Shown here: positions 24,185-48,952 of the stretch, one piece after another
How the letters are laid out: each line of letters begins with the position of its first letter
Numbering within the stretch: the stretch's first letter is position 1
NCBI GenBank assembly: GCA_951406725.2
Contig: OX597824.1
Span: 70,742,001 to 70,806,000 of the forward strand
DNA length: 64,000 bases
Source of the DNA: Octopus vulgaris
Lineage: Eukaryota
Direction: 5' to 3'
Notes under the pieces: generated by a model
What the model was told of the DNA's origin: nothing
Seen by the model: only the letters and a program-made list of their open reading frames with translations
Databases searched by the model: none
Program-made: the position numbers and the translations under genes

Positions 24185-24568
24185 TCTCTCTATATATAAA
24201 GATGAAGTTGTCTGTGTATGGCAGGTTTGGTAGCCTTCAACTAACACTATCTCCTCCGAGACCCTGCGGCGCAAGTTGACCAAAATTGAGAGTATGACCG
24301 AAGAAGGCTTGCTCTTCCTTCCGTACAAGAAAACATTCAAATCGGACCATGCTGACACCAAAAATTATTTACATCAAAAAGTTTCTTTTTTTTTCTATGA
24401 AAATTCCGATTTTTTTACTGCTGTGTCGCCATTTTTCGGTGTATTTCAACCAGAAACATGTTCACTTAAAGAGAATAACAAGCTACATAATGCAAAATTT
24501 TTACTTTTCAAAAATTCCAATTCTAAAGGGTCGAAACAAACCCGAGCAACGCCGGGCGATACTGCTAG
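24185..24568 (+). mobile_element. Non-autonomous Helitron (duplicate 35625-36009)
   Basis: A|TC start (tctctctatatataaag), subterminal hairpin cccgagcaacgccggg, CTAG|T end, no TSD. Confidence 0.85.
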
Positions 24569-25079
24569 TTTATAATAATAAGGAATTATAAAAAAATATT
24601 AAAGGATTTTTTAAACATCGAATGCTATGAGGGAGTACAAGAGTAAAATAGAAACGAAAGGGTCCATAGATTAAAAAATGGTTGAGAAACACTGATCTTG
24701 GGTAAAGTAATTTATCAGTGATAGTCATACTTGTTTACGATCTGACATCCACCATACATGAATGCATTTTTGTATGTATGCATGCGCGTATACATATTTG
24801 CGTGTATATATACACGTGCACGCATATCTGTAGACATATACATTAACACACGATCACACCTCACAGATCAATACCAGCAACTATACTCACACACTTATAT
24901 GCACACGCCAACAGCTTTATACACATCATCACCTTACACATACAGAACAGGAGGCTTCTACATGGTCGGTTGACCTACTAGAAACAACGGCCAATCTCTC
25001 ACAAAACAAGCTCAAACTTTGGCCTTAAAAACGGAAGGATGCATTGGCTAACGATGTATTGGATATGCTATTTCGATAA

Positions 25080-25656
25080 CTCTTTTACTCTTTACTCTTT
25101 TACTTGTTTCAGTCATTTGACTGCGGCCATGCTGGAGCACTGCCTTTAGTCGAGCAAATTGACCCCGGGATTTATTCTTTGTAAGCCCAGTACTTATTCA
25201 TTTTTGCCAAACCGCTAAGTGACAGGGACGTAAACACATCAGCATCGGTTGTCAAGCGATGGTGGGAGGGACAAACACAGACACACAAACACACACAGGC
25301 ATATACATATACATACATATATACGACAGGCTTCTTTCAGTTTCCGTCTACCAAATCCACTCAAAAGGCATTGGTCGGCCCGGGGCTATAGCAGAAGACA
25401 CTTGTCCAAGATGCCATGCAGTGGGACTGAACCCGGAACCATGTGGCTGGTTAGCAAGCTACTTACCACACAGCCACTCCTGCGCCTATATAAATATATA
25501 TATAAATATATATTTTTTTTTACTACCCACAAGGGGCTAAACACAGAGGGGACAAACAAGGTCAGACAAGCGGATTAAGTCGATTACATCGACCCCAGTG
25601 CGTAACTGGTATTTAATTTATCGACCCCGAAAGGATGAAAGGCAAAGTTGACCTCG
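25080..25656 (-). mobile_element. Composite: truncated SINE B plus full SINE A within one 13-bp TSD
   Basis: gctatttcgataa at 25067-25079 and 25657-25669. Confidence 0.85.
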
Positions 25657-26299
25657 GCTATTTCGATAAATAGGAATGTCTTTGATCATAGGTCAAGTCA
25701 ATCGAAACTGACCGGTGGCTAAATAGCACCAACAGCAAAGACAATACAGGCGATCCACACCAACAGCCTGCGCGAACAAACACATAGAGACATATTCATA
25801 CCAACAGACGTCACGTAGACATATCCACTAACAGTCTCTCTCTTTACACATACACACTCATACACATATACACGACCTACACGCACACATACACACACAA
25901 AATATACAGCCGACACCTATTTAAAAGGTAAAAATGCTACAATCACAAGTTGGAATGTGCTTCAGAGAGATATATATATGTTCATTGGTGTGTTTCAACG
26001 GGTCACATTCCTTTCATTGTTAATGTTATTGCTATTGTAGAAGTCTAAAGTCTTCATTTTTTTCTCCTACGTCACTAGGTGTCGCCGCCGCCACCGCCAT
26101 CGTGTCGCAGTGGCGGTGGTGGCGGTGGTGGTGGTGGTGGTGGTAGTGGTGGCGGTGGTGGTGGTCGTCGTCGTCGTTGTTTTCTTTTTTGATGTTGTAG
26201 TTGTTATTGTTGTAGAAGCTATTATTACTTGTCTTTTTTTTTACTTCTTCACCTATCGCTTTCTACTTTGTACAGCGCTCTCTTAGTCTTCTTAACACG

Positions 26300-26389
<90 letters not shown>

Positions 26390-26708
26390 TACACACACAC
26401 ATACACACGCTCAAAAAGCAATGATTTTTATATTCTGATGTTGTAGGCACGCTAATATACATACATACACACACACAAAAAAAATGTGTTTACGTATATG
26501 TAGCCGACACGTTTTCTTGTATACCTGAAATACATTTTCTAATTGTACACCTGAAATAAAAAAATATCTTTGGCGTGCAAGCTAAAACTTCGAAGTCACT
26601 ACCAACCACTTCCTTGAAAAAGTTTAATAAACATATACTTTACAAAAAGCAAGTAACCCTTCAGACAAAAAGTTGAATTGTTTTTATGACGTAAACGAAT
26701 ACTAATAT

Positions 26709-26784
<76 letters not shown>

Positions 26785-27048
26785 CGCGTGTATGTGTATA
26801 CACATATGAAAGGCGAAAAGGTGGTGGAATCGTTAGCATACCGGGCAAAATGCTTTGCGGTATTTCGTCCGTCTTTACGTTATGAGTTCATATTACGCCG
26901 AGGTCGACTTTGGTTTCATCCTCCTGGGGTTGATAAAATAATACCCGTTGAGTACTAACTAAAGTCAATGTAATCGACTTACTCTATTCTCCGAAATTGA
27001 TGGCTTTGTATCAAAAATCAAAATTTGCAACCAATGTTTTATATATAG

Positions 27049-27148
27049 NNNNNNNNNNNNNNNNNNNNNNNNNNNNNNNNNNNNNNNNNNNNNNNNNNNN
27101 NNNNNNNNNNNNNNNNNNNNNNNNNNNNNNNNNNNNNNNNNNNNNNNN
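27049..27148. other. Assembly gap (100 N)
   Basis: Run of exactly 100 N, a scaffolding placeholder. Confidence 1.
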
Positions 27149-38463
<11,315 letters not shown>

Positions 38464-38464
<1 letters not shown>

Positions 38465-38597
38465 GCGCAGGAGTAGTTGTGTGGGAAGAACCAGATGGTT
38501 CCGTGTTTAGTCCCTTGGGCAAGTGTCTTCTACTATAACATCGGGCCGACCAAAGCCTTATGGGTGGATTTGGTAGACGGAAACCGAAAGAAGCCCG

Positions 38598-38644
<47 letters not shown>

Positions 38645-38780
38645 TGTCTGAGTGTGTGTGTGTGGTGTTTGCTTGTGTGTCTTCCGGGTTTAGTCCCTTG
38701 GGAAAGCGTCTTCTACTATAGCCTCGGGCCAACCAAAGCCTTGTGAGTGGATTTGGTAGACGGAAACTGAAAGAAGCCCG

Positions 38781-38815
<35 letters not shown>

Positions 38816-38831
38816 CGTGCGTGCGTACGTG

Positions 38832-38889
<58 letters not shown>

Positions 38890-38985
38890 TGTGTGTCTAT
38901 GTTTGTATTCCCACCATGTTTAAGTACTAGGCTTACAAAGAATAAGTCCTGGGATCGATTTGTTCGACTAAAAGGCGGTGCACCA
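38464..38985 (+). mobile_element. SINE family A with internally duplicated 5' body
   Basis: gtttagtcccttggg...aagaagcccgtcg(TG)n occurs twice. Confidence 0.8.
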
Positions 38986-39358
38986 AATACATCCGCTTTG
39001 TGGTTGCAGTGGGGAAAAACGACGAAACGAACTGAGCAAGGGTTAAGTTAAGAGTAATGACCCTTGACGCTCAAAAAACGGCTTCTGGAGTGTTGCAAGG
39101 CTACGAGAGTTTCCTGTAAATGTGCGTATGGGAAATATGTGCATGGTTTAGGTGATGATATTCTTGTAGCGTTGGAATGTGTGCAGTGGTGCTATATGTG
39201 CTGCGTTTTGGGGCTGTTACATAACATCCCGCTGAACCCCTAGTTCGAAACCGATTGGTAGGAACCACCCTGTTGAGTAGGAAACCAAACAGAATTCCAG
39301 TCTGATCTATGCTCCGTGTTTCAATTGGCAATGATAATAATAATCCTTTCTACTGAAG

Positions 39359-40064
39359 CAGGGGTTTCCAACCTTATTTTGCTTGCGGACCCCTGAGAGC
39401 TATCTTATCATCTGTGGATCTCATATATGTGCATGTAAAGTTTTGAAATAAAACATTTGTTTGTAGGTTAATAAAAACTAACAATGAAACAATTTCGTTA
39501 TATTCATAACATAAATTCCAAATACAAATCTTGAGAATTTCAATAAACGAAGGTACCTCTTCTGGTAAATAAAATATATAGGCGCAGGAGTGGCTGTGTG
39601 GTAAGTAGCTTGCTACCCAACCACATGGTTCCGGGTTCAGGCCAACTGCGTGGCATCTTGGGCAAGTGTCTTCTGCTATAGCCCCGGGCCGACCAATGCC
39701 TTGTGAGTGGATTTGGTAGACGGAAACTGAAAGAAGCTTGTCGTATATATGTATATGTATATATATGTATGTGTGTGTGTTTGTGTGTCTGTGTTTGTCC
39801 CCCTAGCATTGCTTGACAGCCGATGCTGGTGTGTTTACGTCCCCGTCACTTAGTGGTTCGGCAAAAGAGACCGATAGAATAAGTACTGGGCTTACAAAGA
39901 ATAAGTCCCGGGGTCAATTTGCTCGACTAAAGGCGGTGCTCCAGCATGGCCGCAGTCAAATGACTGAAACAAGTAAAAGAGTAAGAGTAAAAAAGAGATA
40001 TATGGACCCACACATTACAATTTTTTACTTGTAGACCCCCTTAAAGCTTATGTGGACCCCGGTT
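39359..40064. mobile_element. hAT-like MITE interrupted by SINE A and itself inserted in a SINE B tail
   Basis: caggggtttccaacctt start with repeated ggacccc subterminal motifs at both ends; right terminus eroded. Confidence 0.5.
39581..39997 (+). mobile_element. Full-length SINE family A (reference copy)
   Basis: tRNA-like head with A box tggctgtgtgg and B-box-like gggttcag, internal microsatellite, (gtaaaaga)n tail. Confidence 0.92.
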
Positions 40065-40065
40065 T

Positions 40066-40465
40066 CACAAGGCCTGAAATTTTGGGAGAGGGAACTAGTC
40101 GATTACATTGACTCCAGTGTTTCGCTGGTACTTAATTTATCGACCCCGAAAGGATGAAAGGCAAAGGCAACCCTGACAGTATTCGAACTCATAACGTAAA
40201 GACAGACGAAATGCTAGTAAGCAATTTGCCGGCGCGCTAACAATTCTGCCAGCTTGCCGCGTTATTTATATTTTAAAATACTGGTTTTAAATTTTGGCAC
40301 GAGGCCAAAAATTTTATTTGGGGGGGGGGGGAGATAAGTCGATTACATCGACCCCCAGTGCTTAACTGGTACTTATCTTATCAACCACGAAAGGATGAAA
40401 GACAAAGTCGACTTCGGGGGAATTTGAACTCAGAACTTAAAAGACGGACGAAATGCCGCTAAGCC
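40066..40465 (-). mobile_element. Two SINE family B copies (tail2 type)
   Basis: Core ccccgaaaggatgaaaggcaaag and a diverged second copy. Confidence 0.8.
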
Positions 40466-40864
40466 GTGTGTACTTTTAAGCTAGCTCCTGTGGAGGGTTA
40501 ATGGGGACTGCAGCCCAAAACTGAAGAAAGCAATAATAATAAAGCATTTATTGATACCCTACCAATATAGTATTTCTTTAAATTCAGTTTAAATGAAAAA
40601 CTTGTAAGTTCACAAATTTTTGGATTTCTTTTAAAATTTGAATTTTCAACTGTTAGCATATAACAAATCCTCATCCAGACTTGATTCCAATGCTGGATGT
40701 TCAAGAACCAAATGAAGGACAAATTTTCAATTCCGGTATTATTCTGATTCCAAAAAGTTTTATGTTTATGTAGAGTATATGTAGACTGAAATACAAGGGT
40801 TACGGACGGACGGACGGATGGAATTTCACGTTTATTATTATATTATATTATATTATATTATAGC

Positions 40865-41170
40865 ATGTGGAGAAACATGGCCTAGTAGTTAGAGCAGCGA
40901 ACTCACAGTCGAGGGATCGCAGGTTCGAATCTCAGACCGAGCGATGTGTGTGTTTATGAGCGAAACACCTAAGCTCCACGCGGCTCCGGCAGAAGGTAAT
41001 AGCGAACTTCTGCTGATTCTTTCGCCACAACTTTCTCTCACACTTTCCTCCTGCATCTTGCAGCTCACCTGCGACGGACCGGCGTCCCGTCCAGGTGGGG
41101 AACCTATACGCCAAGGAAACCGGGAAACCGGCCCTTATGAGCCAGGCGTGGCTCGAGAAGGAACAAACAA
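40865..41170 (+). mobile_element. tRNA-derived SINE in an (ATATT)n tract
   Basis: tggcctagtagttagagcagcgaactc...ggttcgaatctc (A and B boxes). Confidence 0.8.
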
Positions 41171-41206
41171 AGCATATTATATTATATTATATTATATTAT
41201 ATTATA

Positions 41207-41507
41207 CTAGCAGTATCGCCCGGCGTTGCTCGGGTTTGTAAGGGAAATAACTATATAAGCATTTTTAGAGAGTTACTTCCCTTATATAATAGCAAAAAAA
41301 AATGCATTAGAAATGGGAAAAAATGATGGTAAATTTTTTTTAAAATCGTAGACTCATCGTAGACGCGCGCTAATACCCAGAAGGGCTCGATATGAATCAC
41401 GACTATAAGATACCCGCTTTTGGTTACACTGCACCGCAAAATGTGAGAGTAGTTAGGAATCTAAATCGTAGGAGACAGACACACAACTTCACTTTTATAT
41501 ATAAAGA
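41207..41507 (-). mobile_element. Non-autonomous Helitron
   Basis: Minus strand: A|TCtttatatataaaag ... cccgagcaacgccgggcgatactgCTAG|T. Confidence 0.85.
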
Positions 41508-41917
41508 TTATATTATATTATATTATATTATATTATATTATATTATATTATAATATATATTATATTATATTATATTATAATATATATTATATTATATTAT
41601 ATTATATTAGAGGAATTTGAGAAATCTATTTTCCAGTCACGTTCTGAGTTCAAATTTGTAGCATTATGTGAGTTCTATTTTCGTTCCAAATATTACGGTA
41701 GCATATTTTTTATCGATTTTTAATTATAACGATGACTTGCAAGATTTTGGCAACAAGTTCAATATCCTCGTAACGTCAGACTGTCATATTAAAACTGGCA
41801 GGCAAGCATTCCTTCTCTTCTCATAAAAAACTGGAACACGTAATTTAACAATAACTGTGATAAGGAACTGTAAAAGAATTTAAAACCAAGATAAGTAATA
41901 TTGCATAAAATCGTGCT

Positions 41918-42027
41918 TTATGGCGATGTGGCCCCAGGTTCTATCCCAACTCGCAGCATCGAGACAATGTGACCTAACAAAGCTTCGAGTTTAGCAATGC
42001 TTTGTAACTCAATTTTGTTGAGAAAAT
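41918..42027 (-). CDS. Candidate terminal exon of a - strand gene (IFSTKLSYKALLNSKLC* in phase 0, or FLNKIELQ...ATSP* in phase 1)
   Basis: caacag acceptor next to the (TATG)n array; non-repetitive open frames. Confidence 0.2.
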
Positions 42028-42035
42028 CTGTTGTA

Positions 42036-43260
42036 TACATACATACATACATACATACATACATACATACACACATACATACATACATACATGCATACAT
42101 ACATACATACATACACACACACACATACATACATACATACACACATACATACATACATACATGCATACATACATACATACATACATACATACATACATAC
42201 ATACATACATACATACATACATACATACATACATACATACATACATACACACACACGCATACATACATACATACATACATACATACATACATACATACAT
42301 ACATACATACATACATACATACATACATACATACATACATACATACATACATACATACATACATACATACACACACACATACATACATACATACATACAT
42401 ACATACATACATACACACACACACATACATACATACATACATACATACACACACATACATACATACATACATACATACATACATACATACATACACACAC
42501 ACATACATACATACATACATACATACATGCATGCATACATACATACATACATACACACATACATACATACATACATACATACATACATACATACATACAT
42601 ACATACATACATACACACATACATACATACATACATACATACATACACACATACATACATACATACATACATACACACACACGCATACATACATACATAC
42701 ATACATACATACACACATACATACATACATACATACATACATACATACATACATACATACATACATACATACATACATACATACATACATACATACATAC
42801 ATACATACATACATACATACATACACACACACATACATACATACATACATACATACACACACACACATACATACATACATACATACATACATACATACAT
42901 ACATACACACACACATACATACATACATACATACATACACACATACATACATACATACATACATACATACATACATACATACATACACACATACATACAT
43001 ACATACATACATACATACATACATACATACATACATACATACATACATACATACATACATACATACATACATACATACATACATACATACATACATACAT
43101 ACATACATACATACATACATACATACATACATACATACATACATACATACATACATACATACATACATACATACATACATACATACATACATACATACAT
43201 ACACACATACATACATACATACATACATACATACATACATACATACATACATACATACAT
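42036..43260. repeat. 1.2-kb (CATA)n array with CA interruptions
   Basis: Visible; source of the 411-444 aa pseudo-ORFs. Confidence 0.98.
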
Positions 43261-44407
43261 AAAGTTATTTATTCATACATATATTACACGGAAAAATGTA
43301 AGCAAGAGAAATAATATTCTCAAGATTATAAAACTGAAAAGTACAGGACAAGTTATCACATCTGGTAAAGTACAGAACAAGGAAATTTTTACTTAAAATA
43401 TTGCAGCTAAGGATTAAATTTCAAATAAAATATTTAGATTTAAAAAATATTAGCTTTTATTAAAACTAAAAATTTTATTACAAGTTACTTCTATTTGTTA
43501 TTAATTTTTACTTCTGTTAAAATTTAAAATAACTCAAAATATTTTTTGCTCTTCAAAAAAATTCTTTTTTTTTTACTTATTAATTAATAATTAGAAATTT
43601 GAAAATAGGTTATAAACCATAACAGTTGTGCATAATTAGTTAGTACAATAAATAGAATAATAAAAAAATTAGTTATATATTACAGTAAAATCTACCTATA
43701 ACAATAAATTCACAGTAAAATTTGCTTCAGTTACTGCCTAAGTTATTGCCAAGTCTTGACATTTTTAGTCTTGACCAAATGCCTATTTTTTACATAATGA
43801 ATTTACCTACCATATATACTATTCTACTTTACATAAAACTTTAGCTATATTAGTATTTCTGGCTCTCGTTTTTTAAGTATTCTAGTGTGTCAATATTTTA
43901 ACAAAATGATGGTATCTTTTTTAATTATAATGTTGCTTAAAACCAAATAATTTTTAATATTCAAATTTTATGCATGTTTTTTCCAGTATATGCTATTATG
44001 CTAATTAGTAATGTGTCAAATGTGTCGATTAGCGGTGTCGTTGATAATTTTTTCCTTGCCTCAATGACGCCGATGACATATATTAAAAGTATCCTGATAG
44101 AACTATATTTATAAAAAAAAGTATAGAACTATATTACCACCCTCAAATGTGAGAAACAAACACTCATAACATTTTTCTTTTAAAATTTCATTGCATGAGA
44201 GTGATACCATGAAATTCCTCGAATTGAGCTGTCATTTAAGTTTAATTGAAATATTGTTCTTAAAATAAAAAAGTTGATTAGACTTAAATCCAATTTTTTG
44301 TCTTATATTTTTCTCCATGATATTTTACCTCATAACTTTTATGATACAAATTTTTGTTGTATAGGACCAAAACTATGAAATTCTTCATGCCTTCTCCTAT
44401 GATTGAA

Positions 44408-44698
44408 GCCGACAAGGAGCTGCGCTTGCGCGGTATATTTGAACAATTAGAATGTATATACACGAGGCGTATACTGGATTGCCTCGTGTATATATATTTA
44501 ATCTAAGGTTTGCCTGCTGAAGAAGGCTTCGCCTAGCAAATAATTTTATTTGCTAAAAAGTCTGAAACCATTGGTCCATGGTAAATGTTTTTTTATTTTT
44601 CATTCCCTTCGATATTTTATCCCAAATAGTGGGATAACAGTCCTCTCTAGCGTGCATGTAGTCCTATGATGGCTACCTCTTATGTGCTTAAACGCACA

Positions 44699-44700
<2 letters not shown>
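44408..44700 (+). mobile_element. Hammerhead-bearing repeat (same family as 5335-5640), ending in (TA)n
   Basis: gccgacaa..ctgcgcttgcgcggt...ttcattcccttcga...cctatgatgg shared with the 5.3-kb copy. Confidence 0.75.
44509..44585 (+). ncRNA. Intact type I hammerhead ribozyme with extended stem II
   Basis: TTTGCCTG CTGAAGA AGGCTT-cgcc-TAGCAAATA(attt)TATTTGCTA-aa-AAGTCT GAAA CC(att)GG TC^CAtGGTAAA; cleavage after 44576. Confidence 0.85.
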
Positions 44701-44770
<70 letters not shown>

Positions 44771-44779
44771 AACACATAC

Positions 44780-44947
44780 ACTTGTTTTGCAAGCTCTTGT
44801 GTAGGCTGCGCTTATATGCGTAAGAGAATATGTTCTCTGGAAGTCATAGACAAGCGAGATAACTCGCATCAAGTGCCATTCAGGATCGATAGACATTGAT
44901 GTTTCGTCATTTTTGTGATTTGTGAATACCACGTAGTTAATCGCTTT
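44780..44947 (-). CDS. Candidate internal exon (KAINYVVFTNHK...AAYTRACKTS)
   Basis: tcatag acceptor, 56 open codons, gtatgt donor, phase 0/0. Confidence 0.25.
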
Positions 44948-44969
44948 CTATGACTATATGCTAAATGCA

Positions 44970-45020
<51 letters not shown>

Positions 45021-45628
45021 GTGTGTGTGTCCCACTGCTTGACAACTTTTGTTAATTTGTCTATGCCCATGTAACTTAGCAGTTCGACATAAGAGATAGA
45101 TAGAATAAGTACCAGATCTTAAAAGCAGTGCTGGGGCGATATGTTCGACTAAAACTATTCAAGGCGGTATCCCTACATGGTTGCAGCCCTTTGGCAGAAA
45201 CAAGTAAAAGATAAGATATTTCAAGATCCGAGATGCAATCGCACCAGAGCCCCATCCGGGATGACATAATGAGCGAGGCGGCAAGCTAAAAACGTTCATT
45301 AATGCGATCAAATCGAATAGATCTGGAATCGCTGACTGCATCACGCATACTTAGTATCTGCCATTGAATTCATCCCTGGCTGACAATCTACGGATCAGAA
45401 ATCTGTGGTTGCTGACCATAAGTGGTTTCTGTTAGTGATGTTATGGAGGCAAATGCTAGAGCCTAGTCTACTGACTCTCTGGTAAACTCAGAGACGTGTA
45501 TAAAGTAAGTACCTTAGAGACGTAATGTTTGAGAGAGAGGGAGGGATGAACATCAGTTAAACACCATTGGACATTGGGATAAACAGATATAGATAGATAG
45601 ATATACAGATATATAGATAGATAGATAT

Positions 45629-45703
<75 letters not shown>

Positions 45704-45956
45704 TACAAATATGTAGATAGATAGACATGTAGGTAGGTATGTAGGTAGGTTGGTAGGTGGGTGGGTGGGTGGCTGTTTAGATGGGTGGGTGGGGAGGGAG
45801 GGAGATAAGGAGAGAATATAAATCTATCTCTCCGTACGATATTGACACATGCGCGCATGTTTATCGTGTGAAGTTACACAGTGACTCAAGGGCCAAGAAT
45901 TTAGTTCATAGTATTTAAAGTTTAAACAAACTTTGATAAGTGCCATGAATGATATA

Positions 45957-47366
45957 TAAGGGTTGAACAAAATAATGGAAACACCTAGCATCATAGCATC
46001 ATAATTTTGAAATAGCTATAAAACAGTCAAAAGCTTGTTTATTTTTATGTTTTTTGATTTATCATTAGTGTTGCTTACTATGTTTTGCTAAAATGCTGTT
46101 TCTTTTCAGATGTCATCAGAAAAGGTAATTGAAATTCATTAAAATGGCAGTTCTATCGGACTTTCAAAGAGGTCAAATTGTTGGTGCTCGTATGGCAGGC
46201 GCTAGCGTAACGAAAACATCCGAAATGTTTGGTGTATCAAGAAGTACTGTATCGAAAGTAATGACAGCCTTTGAGAAAGAGGGAAAAACCTTCTCGTCGA
46301 AATAAAACTCTGGAAGAAAACCAAATCTTTCAGATAGGGACCATTGGACTCTTACGCAAATTGTTAGAAAGGATCAGAAAACTAGTTTGCCAAAATTACT
46401 GTAGAGCTTAATGACCACTGCAAGAAACCAGTTTCCACAAAAATTGTTCGCTGGGTGCTGCACAAAGCCAGATTTCACGGGAGGGCTGCAATCAGAAACC
46501 ACTATTTTCAAAAACAAATGCTGCAAGCGTTTAGAGTGGAGTAAAAATCTACAGAATTAGTCCCTGGGTGAGACATCCTTTACCTTATTTCCAACCACTG
46601 GCTGAGAATACGTGTGGAGACAGCCAAAAGAAGCGTTTGACCCAAACTGCCTTTTGCCAACTGTTAAACATGGAGGAGAATCTGGGATGATCTGGTGAGG
46701 AATATATCTCGGAAATCCGACGAGCTGGCAGAAACGTTAGCACGCCGGGCGAAATGCGTAGCCGTATTTCGTCAACTTTGCTTTTCATCCTTTCGGGGTC
46801 GATTAAATAAGTACCAGTTACGCACTGGAGTAGATATAATCGACTTAGTCCGTTTCTCTGTCCTTGTTTGTCTCCTCTATGTTTAGCCCCTTGTGGGTAG
46901 TAAAGAAATATATATCGTAGAAATCCACCGGCAAAATGGTTTCCCTTCATGGCAGAATTAATATTCAAGACTATTTAAGCATTTTAATCTGATTAAATTC
47001 ATCCTATGGTTGCGGAACTGTTTCCGGATGGAAACGCAATCTTTCAGGATGATAATGTACCAATCCTCACAGCTAAAGTTGTTACTGAATGGCACGAAGA
47101 ACATTCTAGTGAAGTTGAACATCTTATCTGGTCACCAAAGTCCCCAGATCTCAATATTATTGAACAGTTATGGTGCATTTTCAAAAAAACACTAATAAGG
47201 AGTCGATGTCCTCCACCATCATCACTACAAGAACTGGAGACTGTTTTAGCTGAAGAATGGACAAAAATTCCTTTGGGAAAAATTGAATGTTTGTACGAGT
47301 CCATACCTCGTAGAATTCAAGCTGTAATTACTGCCAAAGGCGGTCCTACCCTATAGTAAAATAAAT
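45957..47366 (+). mobile_element. Second Tc1 copy of the same family, SINE-interrupted, right TIR lost
   Basis: Left TIR taagggttgaacaaaataatggaaacacct; ATG at 46144; FQDDN and SPDLNIIEQLW motifs; stop at 47356. Confidence 0.9.
46720..46912 (+). mobile_element. SINE B inserted in the Tc1 transposase
   Basis: Family B sequence flanked by an imperfect TSD atatatc...gaaatcc. Confidence 0.85.
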
Positions 47367-47534
47367 GACGCCAACCCGCTGGCTAGGCAAGCAGGCCAAC
47401 CGATCGAAGGGGGACTGGAGCAATGTGAAATGAAGTGTTTTGCTCAAGAACACAACTTGTCACCCAGTCAGGGAATGGAACCTACGATTCTAGCGATCTT
47501 GAGTGCAACAGCCTAGCCATTAGGCCACGCACCT
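47367..47534 (-). mobile_element. SINE family C fragment
   Basis: ggactggagcaatgtgaaatgaagtgttttgctcaagaacac. Confidence 0.7.
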
Positions 47535-47564
47535 AACACGCTCACACACACACACACATATAGT

Positions 47565-47626
<62 letters not shown>

Positions 47627-48084
47627 GAGAGAATAAAACTTAATAGAATTTCTTTGAACTTTGTCACGACCCGACAGAGATCACAGTGACCGCCGACAAC
47701 AGTAACAAAAACAGCAGAAAAAGGAAGCTATAAATGCATATACTTGTTGACTATTTAACTAGTAGATCTAAAACAAAAGTTAGCCATCATATTGGACGAG
47801 CTTTTGTTCCTTCCTATCAATGAGGGGTGTAAACGCTAAATATGAGGCCAGCTCTAAGTGAGTAGCCGATTATCAATGACGTTTCAACCGTGACTGTCCA
47901 ACCTTTTTCCTCTCAGAGCATTGTGCACCTTTGACTATATCAGCCAATGTGCACTTGACTTTATTCAATATAGTAAGAGTGTAACTTGAGGGAGATTTGG
48001 CTGCTATATTTAGCAGTTTGAACGACTATGAAAGGCATTGCTAGTGAAATCCTCGCCCGTCGGCAAAATTTCATCTGCTTTAAA

Positions 48085-48952
48085 TATTGGTTTAAATTTT
48101 TGGTACAAGGCCAGCAATTTCAGGCTAGGAGGAAAGTTGATTACATCGACCCCACAGTTCAACTGGTACTTATTTTATCGATTCTGAAAGGACGAAAGGC
48201 AAATTCGACCTTGGTGGAATTTGAACTCAGAACGTAAGGTCGAATGAAATGCCGTCAAGGTTTTTTTCCCCCGGTGTGCTAATGAATCCGCCAGCTCGCC
48301 GCCTTCAATATAAATGTTAAAATCAACCACTAATTTGGTCTCTAATTTAAAAATCAGATTAAAAGAACAGTTTAAGCCAGCCACAGAACAGTTTAAGCCA
48401 CCTTATTTATCAAACAAAATCGGAAATATAATCAAACAATTTAACACAATTATTTCTAATATTGACGCATTGTTACAAATTTGGATGGGGGAGAAAGGGT
48501 AAGTCCATTAAATGATACGCCTAACGGAAAATTACCTTTTTTTTTACTTTAGAAGTACAACTTGCCTGATGATGAGCCATGTCTCATGTTTTTCACTTCT
48601 CAGAAGAGGTTGCTCATGCCTGGTTAAATCCTTATGACCAAAGCAGTAATGTGATTTAATCGAAATTACTCCAGAAGTTTTAAACAGAAATATTATATTC
48701 CTCAAACAGATGCACACGCACACACGTTATTATAACACTTTATAATTGATTTCAAATTTTGGCGCAAGGTCAGCCGTTTCGGGGCAGACGATAAGTCGTT
48801 TACATCGACCCCAGTGTTCAACTGTTACTTATTTTATCGACTCTGAAAAGACGAAAAGCAAAGTTGACCCCGGTAGCATTTGAACTCGGAACGTTTAGTC
48901 AGAAGAAAAGCATTTTGTCCCGAGTGCTAATTATTCTGCCAGTTCGCCACCT
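48085..48952 (-). mobile_element. Two diverged SINE B copies (48085-48305, 48745-48952)
   Basis: Family B core and head in reverse complement. Confidence 0.75.

Noticed and set aside
41918-43396. 411-444 aa ORFs (MYVC/HTYI repeats)
   Set aside because: Translations of a (CATA)n array that is stop-free in all frames; not genes.
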